This document shows, in pieces, positions 20,157 through 28,080 of a DNA stretch of 64,000 nucleotides; the stretch's first letter is position 1; each line of letters starts with the position of its first letter. The DNA is from a virus. The translations under genes and the position numbers were made by a program. The DNA is taken from positions 32,001 to 96,000 of IMG/VR virus record IMGVR_UViG_3300021091_000027. One strand, given 5' to 3'. The notes under the pieces are model-generated. The model was not told where the DNA came from. It did not search any database and saw nothing but the letters and a program-made list of their open reading frames with translations.

Positions 20157-20574
20157 AAGTGTTGTACATAGACACTCAATTCAAACTGGAATAGTTCCCA
20201 GTTCAACAGAGCTATATCCTGGCGAATTGGCACTTAATTTAATTGATCAAAAGTTATTTACTATGGGCGTCGGCGGAAACATAATAGATCTTACGTCGGC
20301 TAATTCGATGTTTTCTTTTTCCGGCGTTACAGCAGGAGCTGTGCTCATATATGACTCTGCTTCAAGTAGATTCATTTCAGAAGGCGGAGCAAGCTATATA
20401 AGAGCCGTAGCCGATGTACCAGCTAGAGACGCTATACTTCCTGAAAGAAGACAGGTAGGAATGTTGGTGTATGTCGTAGATGTCGGTAAATACTATACTC
20501 TTACAGATGGAATACTTAATACTGATTGGGTAGAGTTTGACGGAGTGCTAACAATGGATGGAGGGGTGTACTGA
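20140..20574 (+). CDS. Small tail-fibre-associated protein
   Basis: VPSSTELYPGELALNLIDQKLF fibre N-terminal collar motif; ARDAILPERRQVGMLVYV module; terminal DGGVY. Confidence 0.65.
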   Translation: MPIEFKSVVHRHSIQTGIVPSSTELYPGELALNLIDQKLFTMGVGGNIIDLTSANSMFSFSGVTAGAVLIYDSASSRFISEGGASYIRAVADVPARDAILPERRQVGMLVYVVDVGKYYTLTDGILNTDWVEFDGVLTMDGGVY

Positions 20575-20984
20575 TGGCAAGATTTTCTATAAGCTTTGCA
20601 ACAAATGTCATGTATGAGGCTGACAAAGATCCTGTATACAGGGTGAGGGTATCCACTGGGCTGCAGGAGCCTGCAAACTTTTCCGCAATTGATTCAAATT
20701 TATTGGTTATAAGTAGAAATAAAAATAGCGATAGCGACTACGTAGATACGTTTTACGGAATAATTAAGCCTTCCGACTTTGCGGCAATGAGTAAAAACAA
20801 ACCTAAGCCTGGAGTAAATTTCTACAGGGCTGCTGAATGGAATTTAATATTCTATAATTTAAAAACCATGAATGAAGCAATTACTCTAATGAAAAAGCAG
20901 ATTGATATACTGGCAGAGGACATGACGGTTTTCTTTAGAGAGCAAAATAATCGCTACGAAACACACATATCGACCTCATTTTAA
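20574..20984 (+). CDS. Hypothetical protein
   Basis: 136 aa, TGATG-coupled. Confidence 0.6.
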   Translation: MARFSISFATNVMYEADKDPVYRVRVSTGLQEPANFSAIDSNLLVISRNKNSDSDYVDTFYGIIKPSDFAAMSKNKPKPGVNFYRAAEWNLIFYNLKTMNEAITLMKKQIDILAEDMTVFFREQNNRYETHISTSF

Positions 20985-20996
20985 TAGGGTATTTTC

Positions 20997-21284
20997 ATGG
21001 AAAAAAAATTTGCAATGACGTACGCTACCATAAACGCTCTTCTTAATAACGAAGAGGTAAGACAGATAAGCCCCTTGATTAAAAATGCTTATGATGTTGT
21101 AAACTCAGATATAACATCATCTGGGTGTTCATCTTGTGCTAAAAGAAAGAAGCTGAATGATGCTGCAATTTCGCTTTTAAGCCAACTTCAAAGCGCCTCA
21201 GACATGGAGTTAGATAGAATAAAGAAAGCCCTAGGTGTAGATAAACTAGTGTTTGCAAGTGGGTTTAAGGCTATCGAGCGGTGA
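20997..21284 (+). CDS. Small CxxC protein
   Basis: 95 aa, GCSSCAKRKK. Confidence 0.6.
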   Translation: MEKKFAMTYATINALLNNEEVRQISPLIKNAYDVVNSDITSSGCSSCAKRKKLNDAAISLLSQLQSASDMELDRIKKALGVDKLVFASGFKAIER

Positions 21285-22318
21285 TGTCGACCAATCCAGC
21301 TATACCTTGTTGCTGCATAAGTCCTAAATTTGTATGCTGCAAAACATACGCTGTAGCTTTAACTTGCCCTGTGGAACAGATAGGGGATGATTGCGATGTA
21401 ATTTCAGGGGTTCCTCCAGAAGTTAAATGCGAGTATGAATATAAAATAGTTTCATGTGTGGATAGTGAGGAGGAGTGTGTATGTGAGGAAATATCTGAAC
21501 AAGAGGTGACAGGTACTGGAGGATTCGGCAGCGGTGGCGGCGGCGGTGGAATGGGCGGTAGCTCTGGAGGCCTCCCACCAGGACATACAATATCTGCATG
21601 CATATCAGCTGTATTTCATAATATAAAGTGTGAAAATAATCAACCTCCTAACGACAGGGAGATTTGCAAGAACGACAAAAATAGACCGTGTTGCAAAAAA
21701 GAATGCGGCCCGTGTGGACCTATGGCCGCCGGATGCGCAGATGACTGCCCTCCTCCAAATTGCGAAGAACAGGAGTGTTGTGAGCCTCCGCCTCCTACGC
21801 TATGCTGCTGCTCTACTATTGAAGGGGGCGAATGCTCAGTTAAAACTTGCGGTCCATGCCCTCCTGATCCCATTCCTCCAAACTGTTATCAGGTCCCTGC
21901 CTGCGATCAGTGTACAGATGGGCCAGATGACTGTACTTTTTACCAATCAGCCTTATGTTGTCCAACCGAGTTCTGCTGTTGCAACCCGGAGGCGACCTGC
22001 GACTGCTGCGACGGCAGCATCCCTGCCTGCTGCGAATGCGAGGAGCCCGGCTGCGTGCGTTTCAAGTGCATATGTCCGTGTGGTTCAGGCCCACCGTCAG
22101 GTCCGCCTCTTTGTATGGGATGTGGTCAACCTACGGCAAACCCAGCGGGTTGTTTGGCGTTGGGGCTCCAGACCGAAATGCAACATCCCGGAAATAAATT
22201 TGAGGATAACTTTGGTACCTTCGTAGAAAACAGTATTGAGAAGGGATTGATAAAAACTAAGACTGATGTTAAGCTGAACACCTTGTTTCTATTTGGCTAT
22301 GGATATAAAAATCTATGA
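21281..22318 (+). CDS. Extremely Cys-rich (about 50 Cys), Pro/Gly-rich protein
   Basis: CCC, CC and CxC clusters, poly-Gly linker; overlaps neighbours by GTGA/ATGA. Confidence 0.7.
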   Translation: MMSTNPAIPCCCISPKFVCCKTYAVALTCPVEQIGDDCDVISGVPPEVKCEYEYKIVSCVDSEEECVCEEISEQEVTGTGGFGSGGGGGGMGGSSGGLPPGHTISACISAVFHNIKCENNQPPNDREICKNDKNRPCCKKECGPCGPMAAGCADDCPPPNCEEQECCEPPPPTLCCCSTIEGGECSVKTCGPCPPDPIPPNCYQVPACDQCTDGPDDCTFYQSALCCPTEFCCCNPEATCDCCDGSIPACCECEEPGCVRFKCICPCGSGPPSGPPLCMGCGQPTANPAGCLALGLQTEMQHPGNKFEDNFGTFVENSIEKGLIKTKTDVKLNTLFLFGYGYKNL

Positions 22319-23247
22319 GAGCAATTCATTCATATAAGTTTGATAAGTTAAGACCGCTATTAGAATCTATTGGCGGGGCGTCAGTGGTAAAGCCAATTAT
22401 AACCATGATGGCGCTTTCGGCAGTCAGTATACGCAAACATCATGATGACTTTGTCCTGATTACAGACGATATTGGAGCTGAACTTGCTAAAGCATGTAGT
22501 TTGCCTTACTCAAAGGTCGTTTCAGTTGGTTATGAGTTTGGTTCGCACGAATGTTTCTGGATTCACAGTAAGCTGCACACCTACGCAACAATAGATTGCC
22601 CATTTGTTCACTACGATATCGATTTATTTTTGTGGGATCCGCTTCCAAAAGAATTTTTAGATAACGATATATTTAACTTTTACTCAGAGGCCCACGTTTG
22701 GCCTAGATATGAACAGATCCTTGAAAATTTCATTGCCTCAGGTGTAAAGGTTCCACTTTACGATAAACTATACCCTGAGAATAAATCTCCATTAAATATG
22801 GCGATATTTGGAGGGCACGACATAAAAACCATTAAATCCTGTGGTCAAGAACTTTTAGATTTAATGGAAACTAATGATAGATTTTATAACAAGTCAGATG
22901 AGATAGTATACGCAATAGAAAATGGAATTTCCTATATAGAACAAGCGCTAAGTTCTTACATACTTCAGAGCAAACATAGAAAAAGAGTAGTGCCACTTCT
23001 AAAAGAGCATCAGGTATTATCCGGAAAAACCGTTCCAGGGATTAAGGTAACGCACTTGCACTCCTTGAAACAAGTAGCACAAGCCCAAGGAAAAATTAAT
23101 GAATTACAAGCAAAACTTGACAGTAAGTTGAAATATCTGGCTCCAGACGTACACTCTGCCGTAGCAAAGTTTACTAAAGTTAAAGTTAATATAGATGACA
23201 TGATAAAGGAGGCAAACTTAAATGATTCGAATCTCACCAATAAATAA
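22315..23247 (+). CDS. DUF6734-like putative nucleotide-sugar transferase (GT-A, DxD)
   Basis: FWIHSKLHTY..PFVHYDIDLFLWDPLP, NMAIFGG, IEQ motifs. Confidence 0.6.
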   Translation: MRAIHSYKFDKLRPLLESIGGASVVKPIITMMALSAVSIRKHHDDFVLITDDIGAELAKACSLPYSKVVSVGYEFGSHECFWIHSKLHTYATIDCPFVHYDIDLFLWDPLPKEFLDNDIFNFYSEAHVWPRYEQILENFIASGVKVPLYDKLYPENKSPLNMAIFGGHDIKTIKSCGQELLDLMETNDRFYNKSDEIVYAIENGISYIEQALSSYILQSKHRKRVVPLLKEHQVLSGKTVPGIKVTHLHSLKQVAQAQGKINELQAKLDSKLKYLAPDVHSAVAKFTKVKVNIDDMIKEANLNDSNLTNK

Positions 23248-23497
23248 ACATGAACAGATTCAAGACGAGGGTCTCAGAGTATATATAGAGGGGGTTGCTC
23301 CATTGGCTCTCACCTCGCCAGAGGCTCAAAGGATGGTATTTAATTACGTAAAAGAAGCAGGTCTGAAAGAATATGGAATGAATAAGTTTGTAGCTATGGA
23401 GTCACGTAATCTCAGCAATAATGATTTATATCCTTATAAAGGATATTGGCTAATGCTTCCAAATCAGTGGAATCAAAAGAAGACAGTTAAAGTATGA
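23222..23497 (+). CDS. Hypothetical protein
   Basis: 91 aa in operon. Confidence 0.55.
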   Translation: MIRISPINKHEQIQDEGLRVYIEGVAPLALTSPEAQRMVFNYVKEAGLKEYGMNKFVAMESRNLSNNDLYPYKGYWLMLPNQWNQKKTVKV

Positions 23498-23784
23498 GTA
23501 CCACTTTAACCAACGCTGAACAAAAGATATTTGTACGGAAAAGCGAGTTCGCAGATAAACTAATACCCATATGTGAAGCCTTAAAGTTAGCAGGATTCGA
23601 AATTGCAACAATTGCAGATATTATGGAAAATCTGCAAAACGAAAAAGAACTTCCTGCTAAGTTTTCAATCATAAATAATAGATATCTCGTGTATAAGAAG
23701 GATTTGGTATACGATTTATATAAATCGACTGCAATTGAGCAGCCGGATGAACAGAAAAGAATGGCGATTATATTTTGGATTTAG
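23494..23784 (+). CDS. Hypothetical protein
   Basis: 96 aa, ATGA-coupled. Confidence 0.55.
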   Translation: MSTTLTNAEQKIFVRKSEFADKLIPICEALKLAGFEIATIADIMENLQNEKELPAKFSIINNRYLVYKKDLVYDLYKSTAIEQPDEQKRMAIIFWI

Positions 23785-24094
23785 CATGGAAGTAAAGCTG
23801 CGCAACAATACTTGGAAAATAGTTAAAATGGATTTAGGGCCCTCTATAAGAGGAGAAATAGATCCACCGAGCTATGTAAATAAAAGCATAAGAATTTCAA
23901 CTAGGCTTAGAAAAAGTCAGGAGATTTTGGAGGTACTTCTTCATGAATGCCTGCACGGATGCTTTTGGGACATAGACGAGGAAGCTGTGGAAAGAGCGGC
24001 TTTCGATATCTCTAGAGCACTTTACAAACTAGGTGCAAGAGTAGACGCAAGCAAGCTATCTAAGAAAATAACAAATACTACTAGGGGCTCTTAA
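23735..24094 (+). CDS. Small HExxH metallopeptidase-like protein (true start may be the ATG at 23786)
   Basis: EVLLHECLHG..DEEAVE zincin-like motif. Confidence 0.65.
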   Translation: MSSRMNRKEWRLYFGFSMEVKLRNNTWKIVKMDLGPSIRGEIDPPSYVNKSIRISTRLRKSQEILEVLLHECLHGCFWDIDEEAVERAAFDISRALYKLGARVDASKLSKKITNTTRGS

Positions 24095-24146
24095 GGGCAA
24101 GCTAAGGCGGATGATTCGCCTTCCCCCCAATAAACGCCCCATACGT

Positions 24147-24184
24147 AACAAAACCCAGGGTTCATGGGCCCTGGGTTTTGTTTT
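24147..24184. terminator. Bidirectional rho-independent terminator between convergent operons
   Basis: Perfect 14-bp inverted repeat AACAAAACCCAGGG/CCCTGGGTTTTGTT with A- and T-tracts; second small hairpin at 24104-24122. Confidence 0.8.
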
Positions 24185-24202
24185 AATATGTCTATTAAGT
24201 TT

Positions 24203-24778
24203 TTAGAGTAAACCTTTTTGAATTAGCCTTCTTTGAAAATCTCTTGCCAGCTGTTGTTTAAGCTCTGGGTCGGAGAACACCTCTACATCACCTAGATCTG
24301 CTCCAACCGGCAGGTTTTGCATCAAGTTTTCAATTTCCTTATTCTTTCTTACTTTCTTACCATAGCCGTACATTGCTCCAGCGCCGCCTCCCAGTAGAGC
24401 GCCTATAGCTGCGCCAAGTGGAGCATTAGAGCCTCTTAAAGCTCCGACGCTTCCGCCTAATCCTCCGCCCAATAAAGCTCCCAAGGCTCCTGCGCCCAAG
24501 CCTGCCCACGATGGACTGGATAGGCCTGAAGATACTGGGTCTGCTGGGGTGCTAAATAACATTGGCAAAATCTTGGCTTTAGCTTTGTCTATTTCATCAA
24601 TTTCGTCTTTAGTAAAGTATCTTTTGCAACCAAATCCGGGGGTGCACTTGATAGGAACATCTACTATGGATTCTGAAGATGAGATTTCGGCTTTTTTCTC
24701 GGAGATGTCCGCACAGCTTTCTTTAAGCCATCTTCTTAGATCTGCCTTCTTTAAATTAATGTATGCATCAAGATTCAT
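24203..24778 (-). CDS. Glycine-zipper protein, putative virion internal/ejected protein
   Basis: WAGLGAGALGALLGGGLGG..GAAIGALLGGGAGAMYG; KKA motifs near N-terminus. Confidence 0.65.
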   Translation of the reverse strand: MNLDAYINLKKADLRRWLKESCADISEKKAEISSSESIVDVPIKCTPGFGCKRYFTKDEIDEIDKAKAKILPMLFSTPADPVSSGLSSPSWAGLGAGALGALLGGGLGGSVGALRGSNAPLGAAIGALLGGGAGAMYGYGKKVRKNKEIENLMQNLPVGADLGDVEVFSDPELKQQLARDFQRRLIQKGLL

Positions 24779-25476
24779 TTAGACACTCCCTTTGCAAACC
24801 CTGATACAAACTTATTCCATGACCTAGAGTCCTTATTCATCAATGGCACGTTGTTAAGCTCCAGCATCATCTTGCTGGTCCTCCTATCGACATATGCCTG
24901 TACGTCATCTTTGAATTTAATTTGATTTTGGATCATTATTTGAAGTTGTACGGTATCTGTAGCGTAGGATTCCATATTTGCTACATAATCGTTTGGGCCC
25001 ATTTCCGCTACTTTTGAAAGCGATGGAGGCAAACGATAGAGGCCCAGCTCCTTACAGATCTCGCCTATATATCTACGAACTTCTGGACTGAGACGCTCAG
25101 GGGTGTTGGAGTCCAGCATAGTGAGCTCGGTAATAGCCCAAGCACATTCATATGGATCGGCTATGTCAAAGACGTCATAGCTCATAGGTGTTCCACTTAA
25201 AACATTGGCACAGTTCATAAAAGTGGACACATCTGTATGAACTAGGTCGGTCGTCAAAGAGTTCCAAAGTGCCCATATTTTATCGGTGTTCACATCAGGG
25301 ATATCAGATACTGAAAACCCCTCCTCAAGCTCCTGACGAAATGCCTGAGGGTCCATATCAAAGATCTCCTGACCGTAAGAGTCCAGAATCATAGTAAGCA
25401 GCACAGTGCCGACGGTATCCCGACTTTTCCACAGCTGATCGTACGCTTTAGATGCTGTTATGCTTTTAATTGGCAT
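24775..25476 (-). CDS. Hypothetical protein (probable head module)
   Basis: 233 aa globular ORF in the minus-strand operon. Confidence 0.65.
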   Translation of the reverse strand: MPIKSITASKAYDQLWKSRDTVGTVLLTMILDSYGQEIFDMDPQAFRQELEEGFSVSDIPDVNTDKIWALWNSLTTDLVHTDVSTFMNCANVLSGTPMSYDVFDIADPYECAWAITELTMLDSNTPERLSPEVRRYIGEICKELGLYRLPPSLSKVAEMGPNDYVANMESYATDTVQLQIMIQNQIKFKDDVQAYVDRRTSKMMLELNNVPLMNKDSRSWNKFVSGFAKGVSK

Positions 25477-25487
25477 TAGATTTCAGT

Positions 25488-26300
25488 TTATTCTTCTGCC
25501 TTTGCAAGGTTATCTGCGAATATGCCGGCGTTAGGATAAGCCTCGTTGATAAGTTTAGATTGCATCTCAATCTGCTTCTTCAGATCCTTCTTTGTATCAA
25601 GGATATGAGATATAGCTGGATTCTTATAGGTGCCAGTATATCTCTTTTTGGCGGCATCTGATAGCTGCTTGTACATCTTTGCAACAGCTTTGTAGTCGGC
25701 ACCTGGCGCTGCAACGCCTAAGGTGTGCTCCTTTATCAGAGTTTGAATCTGCTTAGCTATATTTGGGTTTTTAGATAGGCTATCAACTATATTCTTGTCC
25801 GAGGTGAATATCCTAGAAAGAAAGCCCATTTCCTTCTTTCTCTCTGCCAATAACTCATCCAGTCGCTTGTCTGCTTCAGATCTATCAAGTAAGGTTAGCG
25901 CTGCACTGCTTAGATTTTTACGTGAATCAGATGTTACCAATGGGTGTTGGCCAAGGCTTATTCCCGTTATTCCCAAAGCTCGTAAGTAAGCGATTGTACT
26001 CGCAGCTAATGCAGTAGCGGTTCCGGGACCAAAAGCTATATCCTTGTCCTTAAGCTTCTTTCCGTCTAGCATCCCCTTTCTACTGACACTCTTGGCCTGT
26101 CGTGCAGCATCGTTGATATTCATTGCTGCGAACTGCAAAACCGTCTTGTTGATGTCGTCGGCCGTCAGGTTTCTATTCTCATGCGGATGCGGAGTCATAC
26201 CTGCCATTCTGTCGTTCCAAAATGACATAAGATACTCCTCTTCTGATGGAATACTGTGTGTGGCAGCTAATTTTCTTAAATTATTTGCTACTTTAATCAT
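25488..26300 (-). CDS. Putative internal head protein with MIKVANNL leader
   Basis: 270 aa; first 21 nt identical to those of 26315-26731. Confidence 0.6.
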   Translation of the reverse strand: MIKVANNLRKLAATHSIPSEEEYLMSFWNDRMAGMTPHPHENRNLTADDINKTVLQFAAMNINDAARQAKSVSRKGMLDGKKLKDKDIAFGPGTATALAASTIAYLRALGITGISLGQHPLVTSDSRKNLSSAALTLLDRSEADKRLDELLAERKKEMGFLSRIFTSDKNIVDSLSKNPNIAKQIQTLIKEHTLGVAAPGADYKAVAKMYKQLSDAAKKRYTGTYKNPAISHILDTKKDLKKQIEMQSKLINEAYPNAGIFADNLAKAEE

Positions 26301-26314
26301 AACTTATTTTTCTT

Positions 26315-26731
26315 TTATTTGTTCCCGGGTGTTTTCCCAGGATATAACGGACCTAACTCGGTCTCGACTGTGGTCGAACCTTCACCTTGAGATCTAGGGT
26401 TCCCGGGAATCGTTATTGTTGGATTGCCGTGTATGGGGATGTAATCATCCAGCAGGCGATTTTTAGCTTTAAGACCCCCGTACAGGCCTACTCCGCCACC
26501 CAGTCCGAGTCCGGCCAGGCCACCATAGCCGAGGCCTTTTAGAATCGACTTGCCTCTCAGCGCCTGAATCAAGCCGCCAATGGCAGAACCCCCCAGGGCC
26601 CCCAGACCGCCGCCGATGGCGGTGTTCGTATACGGCAGGATCTTGGCGAGATCTGCGAGCGTTCCACTCCACTGCAAACCGGCAGACTTGACAGAGACCA
26701 TACGTTGAAGATTATTTGCTACTTTAATCAT
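26315..26731 (-). CDS. Glycine-zipper protein with MIKVANNL leader
   Basis: AIGGGLGALGGSAIGG..GYGGLAGLGLGGGVG; shared leader. Confidence 0.65.
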   Translation of the reverse strand: MIKVANNLQRMVSVKSAGLQWSGTLADLAKILPYTNTAIGGGLGALGGSAIGGLIQALRGKSILKGLGYGGLAGLGLGGGVGLYGGLKAKNRLLDDYIPIHGNPTITIPGNPRSQGEGSTTVETELGPLYPGKTPGNK

Positions 26732-26733
26732 AA

Positions 26734-28080
26734 TTACATTTCTTGGGCTGTGCCTATTTGAGAGTTAAGAGAGTTCTGTTCGTGCTGTTGTCTTGCTTGT
26801 CGAGCCTTAACCGCAGCGAGTCCAGCCTGAGCATCGAGAGCATCTAGTTTAGCTTGTTCTTTCTTTTCGTTCATGCGAGCCTCAAAAGAAGAATCGTCTT
26901 CGCCGGGCATTGGATTAGTGTCATCCATAAGCATTTGTTGCATAGCGGGCATCATGCCCATATTGGCTTCTTTAAATAAACGACTCAGTAGATCGTCGGT
27001 TGTTTCTGGTATATAGCCGGAGGTCTTAACAGCTTCTTCAAAGCGGCGGGCTTCTGGTTTAGGCATAGTGGGCAGAATTTCTGCAGCCTTGTTGCGGTCT
27101 ACGTTAAAGCCATCTGTCTGGCAGTAAGACAAAAAATCGTCTCCAGCAATCTTAAGGCCTTTTTCAAGTTGATGGTCGCTGATCTTGGTGAGATCTACTG
27201 GGATGCCAGTAGTTAAATGAACAATTCCATCAGCTACTGATGCAGCTTTAGTAAGGCTGACCCTAAAGCATACATCAATGGGGTGCTGCAGAGCCGAACC
27301 CCACTTTGAATTTAAGCCGTGTTTAATATCAAAAGCCTCTAGGCAGTTACAAATTATATCCCCCGCGTTACACAATTCAAATGGATGGGTGCTTAAATCA
27401 TTGGCTACTTTTAATAACTCATCTTCAAGTTCTGACCACTTAACGGTAGGTATGCTACTTAATCTGTCTGTGATAGCAACAGCTATTTTGCAGTTTATAT
27501 TTGAATAAGTATTTGAATTAGCAACTCTGTCAATATAGGCAGCAGCTTTTACGTTTAATTTAAAAATGTCTGCCCTTGCCTGCAACTTAGAGGCTGTTTT
27601 CCTTTGAACATCTGTAAGAAACTTATACCTATTTTCATATAGCCACTCTGCGCTGGCCGTAGCTGCTTCTTTGGTGTGATCTGGACATCTTTCTATCTTT
27701 GCACCTTTATGCTCAAATGTCATAGCATACGATACTGGAATAATTTGTTGTTCAAATGCAGATTTGATAGTTTCTACATCTTCTAAGATGCCCCAAACTC
27801 TTGCTGCATTTAATAATTTTACTTCAGCTTGTTTCCCTATCGGTGAAGTGCTACACTGGTTGCCGTAGAAATAAAGAGCAGAACACCAGCAATCAGATTT
27901 ACTGTCGAGGGCAAATTTCTTGTTTACTGTGTCCGCAAAGCATTTAGAACTCTTTATAGCAGCGGCGTCTTTAGTAAGAACGCCTGCAGACTTAACATAT
28001 TCAGGCATTGCCACTTGTTGTATGAGCGCATTATAGTACTTTTTAGAGACGTCATCAGTTATGTCAATCCAGCGAATCAT
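26734..28080 (-). CDS. Putative head-associated protein with recurrent K-x-A motifs
   Basis: 448 aa; VKSA, GKQA, RKTA, LKVA, TKAA, FKEA; AAGGA SD and TATAAT upstream. Confidence 0.6.
   Translation of the reverse strand: MIRWIDITDDVSKKYYNALIQQVAMPEYVKSAGVLTKDAAAIKSSKCFADTVNKKFALDSKSDCWCSALYFYGNQCSTSPIGKQAEVKLLNAARVWGILEDVETIKSAFEQQIIPVSYAMTFEHKGAKIERCPDHTKEAATASAEWLYENRYKFLTDVQRKTASKLQARADIFKLNVKAAAYIDRVANSNTYSNINCKIAVAITDRLSSIPTVKWSELEDELLKVANDLSTHPFELCNAGDIICNCLEAFDIKHGLNSKWGSALQHPIDVCFRVSLTKAASVADGIVHLTTGIPVDLTKISDHQLEKGLKIAGDDFLSYCQTDGFNVDRNKAAEILPTMPKPEARRFEEAVKTSGYIPETTDDLLSRLFKEANMGMMPAMQQMLMDDTNPMPGEDDSSFEARMNEKKEQAKLDALDAQAGLAAVKARQARQQHEQNSLNSQIGTAQEM

Noticed and set aside
21630-22226. 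198-aa alternative-frame ORF in the Cys-rich gene
   Set aside because: Ala/Arg/Val-rich shadow of TGY/CCN codons; the Cys frame is the one coupled to both neighbours
24095-24202. tRNA or structured ncRNA
   Set aside because: Only two simple hairpins; no cloverleaf or T-loop; explained as a terminator
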